This document shows, piece after piece, positions 6,867 through 16,359 of a stretch of 32,000 bases of DNA. The stretch comes from Methylophaga frappieri (lineage in GTDB: Bacteria > Pseudomonadota > Gammaproteobacteria > Nitrosococcales > Methylophagaceae): positions 600,001-632,000 of the forward strand of contig NC_017856.1 in NCBI RefSeq assembly GCF_000260965.1. The letters are read 5' to 3'. The translations under genes were made by a program, and so were the position numbers. Within the stretch, counting starts at the first letter, position 1. Every line of letters starts with the position of its first letter. The notes beneath the pieces are model-generated. The model searched no databases and had not been told where the DNA came from. It saw only the letters and a program-made list of their open reading frames with translations.

Positions 6867-6935
6867 GGCATCAGGGTGCGAGATGATCGCGAAAGTACGA
6901 CGTTTGTTAACTTCAGATTGCAAATTGACTGACAT
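6846..6935 (-). pseudogene. prfC: 5' fragment of prfC (peptide chain release factor 3) truncated by element insertion
   Basis: Hand translation gives [23 protein letters not shown], then AQPFNA and a stop. E. coli PrfC from memory reads ...[22 protein letters not shown]. The break falls inside the P-loop. Confidence 0.85.
6867..6887 (-). other. Probable att core / crossover region (minus strand ATCATCTCGCACCCTGATGCC)
   Basis: PrfC homology of the minus-strand frame ends exactly after ...SHPDA at 6867. The sequence to the left is element DNA. The exact crossover cannot be resolved without the other junction. Confidence 0.5.
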
Positions 6936-6985
6936 AGATCTCTATCTTTAGCGGTCTTGGCGACACAGAAAAAATTAAACCGCTT

Positions 6986-7014
6986 ATTTTCGCTTAAAGC
7001 GCTTCGTCTGACAA
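6986..7014 (-). promoter_or_regulatory. Putative native prfC promoter (TTGTCA-17 nt-GAAAAT), now orphaned
   Basis: -35 at 7009-7014 and -10 at 6986-6991 read on the minus strand, about 50 nt upstream of the prfC' ATG. Confidence 0.35.
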
Positions 7015-7019
7015 ACTGC

Positions 7020-9074
7020 TTATGTCGCCGTTTTTACGGCATTTCGTCCAGACTGCTTGGCGGCATACATTGCCTTGTCTGCCCGTTCAAGCATGCTGCG
7101 CCGACTTTCACCCGTTCGCCATTGCGTTACGCCAGTACTAATTGTCACCTGACCGACGTCATTAAACATAATACTGGCGATATGGCTGCGTAATCGCTCG
7201 GCAAGCATGGCAGCCTCATCCACGCCATTATTCGAGACCAACACAATAAACTCTTCGCCGCCCCATCGTCCAAGATAATCACTGGCGCGCAGTTGCGCTT
7301 CGATTTCCGTCGCTAAACGCTGTAAAACTCTATCGCCAATGTCATGACCAAAGTTATCGTTGACCCGCTTGAAATGATCGATATCAAACAACAATACCGA
7401 GCAGGCACGACCATAACGCTCTGCTGCTGATAATTCCGCATCAATCGCCTGTTCAATTTTGTAACGATTCCAAACTCCGGTTAACGAGTCGGTGTGCGCA
7501 ATTTCTTGAAGCTGCGCGTTAGCGCGCTGCATCTGTTGATTTAGATTCGTGATGGCGTGCACGCTGAGCGCAATGGTCAAATCTTCAGCAAGCTCCAATG
7601 CCGCTTTTTGTTCTCGCGGTTGCCAATGTGGCGCGCAATCCACCACTGTCTGTTGCCAGATCTCGCTCGGGCTAGTGGAAATCTTTTTTAACTGACCATG
7701 CTGCAAATTTGCCAACTGACTTTGTTTGGCTAGCCAATAATGTTGGTAGGGCTCTGCGCGCCGAAACAATAAAACCCAACCGACTTTTCCCGCCGCCGTC
7801 GGTAATTTTATCGCCAACACACCCGCAATATCACGACTATCCACCATGGTGGCAAAATCCGTCGCAGCTAGCTGATAGCAATGCCAGATAGTGGCACTAG
7901 GCTGAGTGTCTGCCAGCCAGTCAACAAGAATATCCACCTCGCTTTTGGTCAGGGCGTGACCATGGCAAGTGATTTTATTCTCATACATTAGTGCCATACC
8001 GGATAACGAAAATAATTCAAGCCAGCTGTCACCATGGGCTTCAATAAGCATCTCTGGATCACTGATGAATCCACGTTCGGCCGACAACAACTCACGACTG
8101 TCCATGACTGCCTGCATAAACCGGGCATCATCCAGCGTCTGTAACAGGAACAGGCGCTGCGCTGCCATTTGCACCAGGCTATATGCGGCATCCCGCTCAG
8201 CCGGACTTAATTCCAAATGGTCAAAATGATGACAGACCAGTACTCCCCACAAACCAGTATGAGAGTGAATTGCGACGGATAGCTTGGCCCAAATGCCCGT
8301 GTTTTGTAGCTGATTGCTCTCTACTTCAGACAATGCCTGCAAAAAACCGGGGGTCAAATCAAGACTGACCATATCATTGGCACTGGTTGGAATTAGCGAG
8401 ACCGGCTTAGCATTGACATTTGGCACGCTGGTAAGAGAATTTTTTTGATAGCGTTGGCGAACTGTTAATGGAATCGCTGACTCTGGAAAATGGTATCCAA
8501 GAACGCGTTTATCCGGATAACGACAACTTTCCGCCACCACGATACGGTGCGCCTGTTCATCAAACTCACACAACATAACTCGATCAAACCCCGTTATCGT
8601 CTGCACGCCCTGAGTGAGGGTTTGCAGTAAAGTGGAGATATCTTTTGTGACGGCCAGCCGCCCCAACCACTCGTTGATTTCCGGTAACAGGCTATGCTCT
8701 CCAGCACGAGGAATCCCTTCATACTCGACAACAATATCCGAGTCACTGCGATAGGCCATGACATAAAAACGCTGATACTGGCCGGCAATCTGACGATCAA
8801 TCACCATCGGCGCATGCAGACGAGGCTGCGTTTTCAAACTTGTCAGCAATCGCTCGTGTAATTTTCCGCCCAACACATCGCGCGGCATACTGGCCAAGGC
8901 GGTACTGACATCAATGCCAAGTATTTGGGAAATGTTCTCACTAACTTGCAGAACAAGGCTTAGCGTCGCATCACAGCGTAATAAACAACCATGTCTCTGA
9001 ATCCTCACAGCATCAGTCGCTGTCGCGTCTATAGATTGTCTTGCCACTTCAGAAGACAAGTCATGTCCTGTCAT
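7020..9074 (-). CDS. Phytochrome-like PAS-GAF-PHY sensor fused to a GGDEF diguanylate cyclase
   Basis: N-terminal IQRHGCLL and GAF ITGFDRVMLCEFDE...GYHFPESAIP...LWGVLVCHH align to the bacteriophytochrome photosensory core. The C-terminus has DIDHFKRVNDNFGH, an RASD I-site and a GGEEF A-site. Confidence 0.88.
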   Translation of the reverse strand: MTGHDLSSEVARQSIDATATDAVRIQRHGCLLRCDATLSLVLQVSENISQILGIDVSTALASMPRDVLGGKLHERLLTSLKTQPRLHAPMVIDRQIAGQYQRFYVMAYRSDSDIVVEYEGIPRAGEHSLLPEINEWLGRLAVTKDISTLLQTLTQGVQTITGFDRVMLCEFDEQAHRIVVAESCRYPDKRVLGYHFPESAIPLTVRQRYQKNSLTSVPNVNAKPVSLIPTSANDMVSLDLTPGFLQALSEVESNQLQNTGIWAKLSVAIHSHTGLWGVLVCHHFDHLELSPAERDAAYSLVQMAAQRLFLLQTLDDARFMQAVMDSRELLSAERGFISDPEMLIEAHGDSWLELFSLSGMALMYENKITCHGHALTKSEVDILVDWLADTQPSATIWHCYQLAATDFATMVDSRDIAGVLAIKLPTAAGKVGWVLLFRRAEPYQHYWLAKQSQLANLQHGQLKKISTSPSEIWQQTVVDCAPHWQPREQKAALELAEDLTIALSVHAITNLNQQMQRANAQLQEIAHTDSLTGVWNRYKIEQAIDAELSAAERYGRACSVLLFDIDHFKRVNDNFGHDIGDRVLQRLATEIEAQLRASDYLGRWGGEEFIVLVSNNGVDEAAMLAERLRSHIASIMFNDVGQVTISTGVTQWRTGESRRSMLERADKAMYAAKQSGRNAVKTAT

Positions 9075-9223
9075 ATCAGCGTATCCACAACAATCCCGTT
9101 GTGCTCCTATTCAATCAAATCTGCGCGACTAAACATAATACGTGCCATGCTTGCTTTTTCACATATCTTTGCACGCCAATCTATCGCGCGCAATCGATTT
9201 GTGATGCTCAACCAAGATTTTAA

Positions 9224-10084
9224 TTAGCGTAGTATCAATAGTGGAATAGCGCTCATTCTGACCATTTTAGCCGTATTACTACCCAGCAAAAACTGTCGAA
9301 TACGGCTATGTCCATAAGCGCCCATCACCATCAAGTCAATATTCTTTTGCTGTTGGTATTGGTACAATGCTGACTGAACTTCGCCTTGGAGTAAGGCCGT
9401 TGTCACATCAAACTTCGCTTCACGAAGCCTTGCTGCCGCCGCATTTAATTGTGACTGATGCTGACTGTCATTTTCTGCAACCATCGCTAAATGACATGGC
9501 AAGTCACGTAACAAATTACTTTCTGCCACTTTTTCCAATGATTTGCTAGCTGTCACACTGCCATCGTAAGCGATCATAAAGCTGCTTGGCGCAGCAAAGT
9601 CAGGAAGTGTAATCAATAATGGTCGGTGAACACTGCGAATGACATTTTCAAGATGACTACCTAATTGATACGGCTGTTGGCCGTGTGTTTCGCCTTGACG
9701 TCCGATGATCAGTAATCGTGTCTCCGCTTGCAAATCCAGCAAAGTCTCAATCAGGCTGCCATGCCGTTGATGGGTGGTGACATCAACTACGCCTTGCTCA
9801 CGCGCATGTTGCCGCGCATCTTGCAACATGGCTTTACCATGTTCGAGTGCTAATCGGCTGCGTTTTTCCTCAATTTCAACCAGCTCTTCCAGCAGGTGTT
9901 CGCGACTACCTAAGCCGATATTCCCGGACAGGTTTTGAACATCAGCTGAGGCTAAATACTCAGACTTATCCAATACATGCAGTAGATCCAATGGTGCTTC
10001 AAGCCGCAAACTAGCCCAACTTGCAGCATCACATACGGCGGCAGCGGCAAGCGAGCCATCAATACAAGCGATAATTTTTGTCAT
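9224..10084 (-). CDS. Tandem-domain universal stress protein (UspE-like)
   Basis: 286 aa in two Usp-like halves, each ending in a G..G(9)-S/T-like ATP-binding region (MVMGAYGHSRIRQFLLGSNTAKMV). Its RBS overlaps the SulP stop (TAGGAGAAAGCATG). Confidence 0.82.
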   Translation of the reverse strand: MTKIIACIDGSLAAAAVCDAASWASLRLEAPLDLLHVLDKSEYLASADVQNLSGNIGLGSREHLLEELVEIEEKRSRLALEHGKAMLQDARQHAREQGVVDVTTHQRHGSLIETLLDLQAETRLLIIGRQGETHGQQPYQLGSHLENVIRSVHRPLLITLPDFAAPSSFMIAYDGSVTASKSLEKVAESNLLRDLPCHLAMVAENDSQHQSQLNAAAARLREAKFDVTTALLQGEVQSALYQYQQQKNIDLMVMGAYGHSRIRQFLLGSNTAKMVRMSAIPLLILR

Positions 10085-10092
10085 GCTTTCTC

Positions 10093-11583
10093 CTAATGGC
10101 CGCCCAGCATTTTTTCAACGTCTTCCGGTTTATTATGCACACCAAACCGATCAACAATGGTGGCTGTCGCTTTGTTCATACCAAGTAACGTCACTTGCGT
10201 GCCTTCCCGGCGAAATTTAAGCACGACTTTGTCAAGTGCCGTCACTGAGGTGATATCCCAAAAATGCGCCTGACTCAAATCAATAACGACTTTATCCAAC
10301 GCCTCTTTAAAATCAAACGCAGCCGCAAACTTATCCGCAGAGGCAAAAAACACCTGGCCCAATACTTGATAATGGCGTTGAGTATCGTCGTTATGGAGTG
10401 TGCTCTTGACCACCATAAACTGGCCAACCTTATTGGCAAAAAACAGCGCTGCCAATAACACGCCAACAAACACGCCCATTGCCAAATTATGCGTCATGAC
10501 GACCACAACAACGGTAGCTACCATAACAATATTGGTCGACAACGGATTTTTTTTCATATCCCTGAGCGATGCCCAGGAAAACGTACCTATAGATACCATT
10601 ATCATCACGGCAACCAGCGCTGCCATGGGTATCTGCACCAGCCATGCATCGAAAACCAAAATCAACAAAATCAGAAACACCCCGGCCGACAATGTGGATA
10701 ATCGCCCGCGACCTCCCGATTTGATATTGATAACGGACTGGCCAATCATCGCACAACCCGCCATGCCACCCAGAAAACCCGCACCAATATTAGCGATGCC
10801 TTGGCCTTTACATTCCCGGTTTTTATCACTTTGGGTATCGGTTAAATCATCCACAATAGTTGCCGTCATCATTGACTCTAATAGCCCCACTATGGCCAAC
10901 GCAATCGCATACGGAAAGATGATTGTCAGCGTTTCGATAGTGAATGGCACCTCCGGCCACAGGAAAACCGGCAAAGTATCGGGTAACTCGCCCATGTCTC
11001 CTACGGTCCGAATATCCAGATCCAAGGCAATGGCCACCAGCGTCAAAGTGATAATGGTAATCAACGGTGAAGGTAACAATTTGCCAATTCGGGGCACATA
11101 CGGAAACAGATAAATGATTGCTAGACCCGCAGCCGTCATTGCATACACATGCCAGGTCACATTAGTCAGCTCAGGGAGTTGTGCCATAAAGATTAATATC
11201 GCCAACGCGTTAACAAAACCGGTGACAACGGACCTTGACACAAAACGCATCAAGTCCCCCAATCTCAAGTAACCCGCGATGATTTGCAATATCCCGGTTA
11301 ACAGGGTGGCTGCGAGCAAATATTCCAGACCATGTTCTTTGACTAATGTCACCATAAGCAAGGCCATTGCGCCGGTTGCAGCAGAAATCATCCCAGGTCG
11401 GCCACCGACAAAAGCAATGATGACCGCGATGCAGAATGACGCGTACAAGCCGACTTTGGGATCGACGCCAGCAATAATCGAAAAGGCGATAGCCTCCGGT
11501 ACCAGAGCCAAAGCCACAACAATACCGGCAATCAGATCACGCCGGACATTACTCAGCCATTCACGCTGAAGCGTTTGTAACAT
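10093..11583 (-). CDS. SulP-family anion transporter with C-terminal STAS domain
   Basis: Polytopic membrane N-terminal part and a typical STAS tail ([15 protein letters not shown]...[23 protein letters not shown]). Confidence 0.88.
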   Translation of the reverse strand: MLQTLQREWLSNVRRDLIAGIVVALALVPEAIAFSIIAGVDPKVGLYASFCIAVIIAFVGGRPGMISAATGAMALLMVTLVKEHGLEYLLAATLLTGILQIIAGYLRLGDLMRFVSRSVVTGFVNALAILIFMAQLPELTNVTWHVYAMTAAGLAIIYLFPYVPRIGKLLPSPLITIITLTLVAIALDLDIRTVGDMGELPDTLPVFLWPEVPFTIETLTIIFPYAIALAIVGLLESMMTATIVDDLTDTQSDKNRECKGQGIANIGAGFLGGMAGCAMIGQSVINIKSGGRGRLSTLSAGVFLILLILVFDAWLVQIPMAALVAVMIMVSIGTFSWASLRDMKKNPLSTNIVMVATVVVVVMTHNLAMGVFVGVLLAALFFANKVGQFMVVKSTLHNDDTQRHYQVLGQVFFASADKFAAAFDFKEALDKVVIDLSQAHFWDITSVTALDKVVLKFRREGTQVTLLGMNKATATIVDRFGVHNKPEDVEKMLGGH

Positions 11584-11830
11584 AGATATTTCCTGATAGT
11601 AATGATGATGAAACAGTAGCGGTGATCGGCCGTAATCATTGAAAAAAAAACTGGAAAATTACGTGCGCTGCAGGCGTCGCATTAAACATCGAATGCGTTG
11701 CTAACGGGCTGTTTCAATAGCCAAACCATTATAGCTTGCAATGCTATTGCGCTCAAACGCATTGCACATTACCCCGGTTTTTTTCAGCAACTGATACAAT
11801 CACCGCCATTATCAAAATGACTGATGTTTT

Positions 11831-13093
11831 ATGGATGCGTTATTGAACTTATTTGCTCAGCTAGAGCAATATCCCAAATTGACGATGTGGCTGGCGCTGA
11901 CTGCACTCATTTTATTCGCTTGGTTGGCAAATTGGGTCGTCAAACGCATTTTGGTTCGTGGTATCTATAAACTGCTTCGTACTACGGCGCTCAATCGACA
12001 TAGCAGTATCGCTGACTCACCGTTTATCGCCCGGCTGGCCAACATTGTTCCGGCAGTCATCTTATCGGTTGGTATTGGCCTCATCAGTGAAGTGCCGACC
12101 ATGCTGGTTACGGTGGTGCAGAATGTCACCAGTGCCTTTATTGTGCTCACCATCGCACTGGCCATCAGCAATCTGTTAACCGTCGTTAATACCGCCTATA
12201 ACAAAAGACCGGATGCGCATCTCAAACCGGTTAAGGGATATATTCAAGTCGTTAAAATTGTTGTCTTTGCCATCGCGACCATTCTCATGGTGGCCTCGCT
12301 GATTGATCGTTCGCCACTGATTCTGCTTTCTGGTCTTGGTGCAATGGCTGCCGTGCTCATGTTGATCTTTCAAGACACCCTGTTATCACTCGTTGCCAGC
12401 GTACAAATCAGTTCAAACGACTTGATTCGGGTCGGTGACTGGATTGAGATGTCGCAGCTGGAAGCAGATGGGGATGTTGTCGATATCGCCTTACATACCG
12501 TCAAAGTTCAGAACTGGGATAAAACTATTACGGTTATTCCCACAAAACGTTTTCTGAGTGATCCATTTAAAAACTGGCGTGGTATGAAAGAGTCTGGCGG
12601 TCGCCGGATTAAACGCAGCCTCTTGATTGATCAACAATCTGTTCATTTTTTAAGTCGTGAAGAACGCCAAAAGTTGAATCGTTTCAATTTGCTTGGCAAC
12701 TACCTTAAAGATAAGCAAACGGAAATTGATGATTGGAATCAAAAATTAGAAGATATCGGCAAAGAGGCCGTAAATACTCGCCGATTAACCAACGTCGGTA
12801 GCTTTCGCGCCTATGTCAGCCAGTATCTGCAACACCATCCAAAACTGCGTCAGGATTTAACCTTAATGTGCAGGCAACTGGCCCCCACCGCAGATGGCTT
12901 ACCAATTGAAGTCTATTGCTTTACCAACACGACAGAATGGGTACAATTTGAGAGCATTGCCTCGGATATCTTTGATCACCTTCTGGCCATCTTGCCCGAG
13001 TTTGGTCTCCGTGTATTTCAACATCCGAGCGGCATGGATATGCGTGAACTACGGTTGCCGCTACAATCCGATGCAAGCCCAAACAAAGGCTGA
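11831..13093 (+). CDS. MscS-family mechanosensitive channel, YbdG-like
   Basis: N-terminal TM helices followed by VGDWIEMSQLEADGDVVDIALHTVKVQNWDKTITVIPTKRFLSDPFKNWRGM, as in miniconductance YbdG-type channels. Confidence 0.82.
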   Translation: MDALLNLFAQLEQYPKLTMWLALTALILFAWLANWVVKRILVRGIYKLLRTTALNRHSSIADSPFIARLANIVPAVILSVGIGLISEVPTMLVTVVQNVTSAFIVLTIALAISNLLTVVNTAYNKRPDAHLKPVKGYIQVVKIVVFAIATILMVASLIDRSPLILLSGLGAMAAVLMLIFQDTLLSLVASVQISSNDLIRVGDWIEMSQLEADGDVVDIALHTVKVQNWDKTITVIPTKRFLSDPFKNWRGMKESGGRRIKRSLLIDQQSVHFLSREERQKLNRFNLLGNYLKDKQTEIDDWNQKLEDIGKEAVNTRRLTNVGSFRAYVSQYLQHHPKLRQDLTLMCRQLAPTADGLPIEVYCFTNTTEWVQFESIASDIFDHLLAILPEFGLRVFQHPSGMDMRELRLPLQSDASPNKG

Positions 13094-13161
13094 TTACCCT
13101 CTTCCTGTTTCGGCATCAGACGAGAACACGCGCAATAAAAACCTCTTTAACCCAGCCATAT

Positions 13162-13177
13162 ATCTTTACATAAAGAT
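13162..13177. promoter_or_regulatory. Inverted repeat ATCTTTA-CA-TAAAGAT, candidate MarR operator
   Basis: 7-2-7 perfect inverted repeat 55 nt upstream of the marR-family ATG, in an AT-rich promoter-like stretch. Confidence 0.4.
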
Positions 13178-13231
13178 TGTTTATATTGAGGCAAAAGCGT
13201 AGTCTATTGCCTTTTGTTAAGGCACTTTGCT

Positions 13232-13744
13232 ATGCATGATGATATCGACACCATTGTTTCACAGTGGCATGCACTTGGCTTAAAGACCGACTTTGATGCC
13301 ATACAGATTGCTGCCCGAATTTTGCGTCTGGCTAAGTCATTGGAGCAGGCAGTCGCTGCACTTCATCTTCAGCATGGTTTAAAACAGGGAGAATTCGATG
13401 TCCTGGCAGCACTTCGACGCTCACCCCACCCCTCACTAACACCATCTGCGCTTTATCAAACCATGCTACTGAGTTCGGGGGCAATGACCAGTCGCCTAGA
13501 CCGGCTGGAAAAAAAACGGCTTATTCAACGTCAGCACTGTCAGCAAGACCGTCGTAGCATCAAAGTTGCTCTGACAGAGAAAGGAAAGCAGTGCATCGAT
13601 ACCATCTATCCAGCTCATTTTGCTTTGCTGTCATCATTACTTAATAGCCTTGAAAAACAAGAAAAAACAGGCTTGGTCAAGTTATTAAAATCAACATCTC
13701 TGTCAATAACACAAACGGATCCTGAGAAAACAGATGCCGATTAA
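13232..13744 (+). CDS. MarR-family transcriptional regulator
   Basis: The winged-helix region LTPSALYQTMLLSSGAMTSRLDRLEKKRLIQRQ..DRRSIKVALTEKGK is typical of MarR. ATG 13232 is preferred over the track's TTG 13214. Confidence 0.85.
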   Translation: MHDDIDTIVSQWHALGLKTDFDAIQIAARILRLAKSLEQAVAALHLQHGLKQGEFDVLAALRRSPHPSLTPSALYQTMLLSSGAMTSRLDRLEKKRLIQRQHCQQDRRSIKVALTEKGKQCIDTIYPAHFALLSSLLNSLEKQEKTGLVKLLKSTSLSITQTDPEKTDAD

Positions 13745-14927
13745 TATGCAATCTATCATTATTTTATTAGCGGCACTGACTGCAATGGCTCCCCTTGCCA
13801 TTGATGCTTACTTGCCGGCAATGCCGACTATGGCCAGCCAGCTTGATCGGCCTATTCACGATGTCGAAATTTCACTCAGTGTGTTTTTGGCGGGCTTTGC
13901 CTTAGGTCAATTGCTGGGTGGTCCCTTGTCTGATCGCCTTGGGCGTCGACGCATTATCTTTACCGGCATCAGCTTTTTTTCACTGGGCAGTCTGGGCATT
14001 ATTCTGAGCGACAGTATGACAAGTATTTGGCTGTGGCGGGTCCTTCAAGCTTTAGGTGGTGGCATGGCTATTGTGAATTCAGCAGCCGTGATTCGAGATA
14101 TCAGTAGCGGTCGTGAAAGTGCTCGTTACTTATCACAAATGGCAATTATTATGATGATTGCGCCGCTGCTAGCCCCGATGATTGGTATGGTATTACTTCA
14201 CCTTGCTGGTTGGCGGGCGATTTTTCTTTTTTTACTGATTTACGGTGTCGTACTTGGCCTGCTGTTATTTCGTTTTTTGCCGGAGACAAGACAGCAATTA
14301 ACGGTAGGCAATGCCTTACAACGTTATTTATCAGTGCTAAGACATCGTCAGGCAATGGGCTTTCTGGTTGCCCAATGCTTTGCCTACGGCAGTTTGTTTA
14401 CCTTTATCACTGCCTCGCCGGGTGTTTATATGAATTTTTTTGGGGTTTCCGAAACACTTTATCCTTTTTTGTTTGGTGCCAACGTCATCATCATGATTGC
14501 AGCAAACCGATTAAATATGCAACTTTTAAACTATTTTTCACCACCACAACTCCTCAATCGTGGTCAGCTCTTACAACTATCTATTGGCAGTTTATTACTC
14601 GCTTACGTTTGGTGGGCTGATACGCAACTGTTATTTGTCGTTGTGCTCGGTATCATGCTGTTTATTGGATTTCAGGGACTGATTGTCGCAAATGCGATCG
14701 CCAGTACCGTTGAGTTTTTCCCTGAGAGTGCGGCAACCGCGACAGCTTTACTCGGGGCTTGTGGATTTTTGACTGGCGCTGCCAGCGGCTGGTTGGTCAC
14801 CACCTTGAGTGATGGCAGTGCGCTGCCGATGATTTTTGTGATGACATTATGTGCGTTAAGTGGCTGGTTTTTAAAAACATTGATTCAGTCGACGGGGAAG
14901 TCTTTACATAACTTTTCACCGGATTAA
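13734..14927 (+). CDS. MFS drug efflux transporter, Bcr/CflA subfamily
   Basis: 12-TM profile. APLAIDAYLPAMPTMASQL and GPLSDRLGRRR (MFS motif A) are typical of Bcr/CflA. Overlaps the marR stop by 11 nt (alternative ATG at 13746). Confidence 0.85.
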   Translation: MPINMQSIIILLAALTAMAPLAIDAYLPAMPTMASQLDRPIHDVEISLSVFLAGFALGQLLGGPLSDRLGRRRIIFTGISFFSLGSLGIILSDSMTSIWLWRVLQALGGGMAIVNSAAVIRDISSGRESARYLSQMAIIMMIAPLLAPMIGMVLLHLAGWRAIFLFLLIYGVVLGLLLFRFLPETRQQLTVGNALQRYLSVLRHRQAMGFLVAQCFAYGSLFTFITASPGVYMNFFGVSETLYPFLFGANVIIMIAANRLNMQLLNYFSPPQLLNRGQLLQLSIGSLLLAYVWWADTQLLFVVVLGIMLFIGFQGLIVANAIASTVEFFPESAATATALLGACGFLTGAASGWLVTTLSDGSALPMIFVMTLCALSGWFLKTLIQSTGKSLHNFSPD

Positions 14928-14991
14928 CGTCATTTAACCCCGGTTAACGTTATGCTAGCGTCAATTTAGATTGCCTCATCAAGGAGCGCAC

Positions 14992-16359
14992 TTGATCTTA
15001 CCGGCTTGCCGAAATCACCTCTATTCGGGCCTTTTACTGCTGTTGCTCTCCGCATGTCAAACCGTGCCGAAACAACCGGATTATGCTGCTATCACAACGC
15101 AACAGATTGCGGCGGTCAGCCCATGGCAAAATCATACCGCTGCTTCCGAAGTTGGCAATTTGAATACGCTCATTGATGCACCTGAGGTGTATAAGCTGAT
15201 TGATCTGGCGCTACATAATAATCCAAGTTTACGGCAAACCCTACTCACCCTTGAAGCTCTGGAAAAGCAACAAAACATTGCCCGTGCACAACGACTTCCA
15301 TTGGTGACATCTGGCTTTAGCGCAAACCGAAATAAAGAAACGAATAATCAATTCACCACGAACGTGAATATCAGTTGGCAAGCAGATGTTTGGGGACAAT
15401 TAGCCGATCTGGAACAGGCTGCGGAACTGGATGTGCTGCAACAAACGCTGCTATTGCAATCTGCACGAGACACGCTGGCAGCCGAAGTAATGCGCAACTG
15501 GATCACCTTGATCACTCAGCAACGTGCCATAGATATCGAAGCACAGCGGCTTGATAGCTTGCAACGAACGCAGACCTTTATTTTACAGCGTTACCAACAG
15601 GGTTTAGGCCTGTTGGAAGATCTTGATAGTGCTCGCACTGCGGTTGCCAGCTCTGAAGCACAGTTAGAAAGTCTGCATGAAGCTTTTCGTCAGCAACAAC
15701 TGTTTATGCGTACATTGCTTGGTCAAATCGACTTGCCCACGTTTGATAATTTACCCAAAAACTATCCCAAGGTCGCCTTACCGTTAGCGGCGTTGCCAAC
15801 ACAATCATTGGCAAGACGACCCGATTTGCAAGCCGCTTATATCGCCATCAAATCCAGCCAGCAACGCACCGTCGCCGCCTATAAGGATATTCTGCCTGAG
15901 CTCAGTTTTCAGGCTATTTTACAAGACGTTGCCAGCTCGCCACGTGCCGCTTTATTTGAGTCCCCCGTATGGTCACTGTTGGGACAGTTGACGGCCACGC
16001 TTTACGACGGTGGAGAACGACGTGCAAACGCGGAAATCGGGGAATTACAAACTGAAATTGCCTACGAAAGCTATCGGGATCAATTGTTGATTGCTGTCAC
16101 TGAAATCGAACAAGCACTGAGTAACGAACAGGCACTGGTTCGTCAGCAGGCATTTGTGGAAAAAGCCTTGGCCAGTGCTGAGAATAATCTGCGTCAATAT
16201 CAGCAAGGCTATCAAAGCGGCTTACGAACCATTTTGGACCTATTAACAGTGCAACAACAAAATTTTAACCTGCAATCGCAACGCGATGATTTAATCTATC
16301 AACGCTTGATTAACCGGGTGAACCTAGGTTTGGCACTTGGACTGGAGATTCAAGCGTAA
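14992..16359 (+). CDS. Outer-membrane efflux lipoprotein (NodT/OprM family)
   Basis: Start placed at TTG 14992 behind AAGGAG. Signal peptide with lipobox LLSAC. Two-repeat OEP-like body. Confidence 0.85.
   Translation: MILPACRNHLYSGLLLLLLSACQTVPKQPDYAAITTQQIAAVSPWQNHTAASEVGNLNTLIDAPEVYKLIDLALHNNPSLRQTLLTLEALEKQQNIARAQRLPLVTSGFSANRNKETNNQFTTNVNISWQADVWGQLADLEQAAELDVLQQTLLLQSARDTLAAEVMRNWITLITQQRAIDIEAQRLDSLQRTQTFILQRYQQGLGLLEDLDSARTAVASSEAQLESLHEAFRQQQLFMRTLLGQIDLPTFDNLPKNYPKVALPLAALPTQSLARRPDLQAAYIAIKSSQQRTVAAYKDILPELSFQAILQDVASSPRAALFESPVWSLLGQLTATLYDGGERRANAEIGELQTEIAYESYRDQLLIAVTEIEQALSNEQALVRQQAFVEKALASAENNLRQYQQGYQSGLRTILDLLTVQQQNFNLQSQRDDLIYQRLINRVNLGLALGLEIQA

Larger units (their letters stand above)
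1..6887. mobile_element. xis/int-proximal end of an integrative (SXT/R391-like) element inserted in the 5' end of prfC. It continues beyond the window start. The right boundary lies within about 6867-6887.
   Basis: Tyrosine integrase plus AlpA-type excisionase, ParM-like/RHH pair, umuDC with an SOS box and an exonuclease gene. These are followed at 6867-6935 (minus) by a truncated prfC 5' end. Insertion into the prfC 5' end and the order xis-int-...-rumB-rumA are, from memory, hallmarks of SXT/R391 ICEs. Confidence 0.7.

Noticed and set aside
6286-7019. Search for a tRNA or tmRNA integration target next to int/xis
   Set aside because: No T-loop (GGTTCGAATCC-like) or acceptor-stem pattern on either strand. 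The prfC fragment explains the site instead.
10400-11113. 237-aa plus-strand ORF antisense to the SulP gene, plus similar antisense ORFs at 20199-20714 and 1859-2359
   Set aside because: They lie opposite confidently assigned genes, have a biased low-complexity composition and no RBS. These are typical shadow frames.
9224-11583. SulP-USP gene pair as a novel system
   Set aside because: The two genes are translationally coupled (TAGGAGAAAGCATG), but the pairing of SulP/STAS transporters with universal stress proteins is, as far as I recall, common. Nothing unusual is visible in either sequence.
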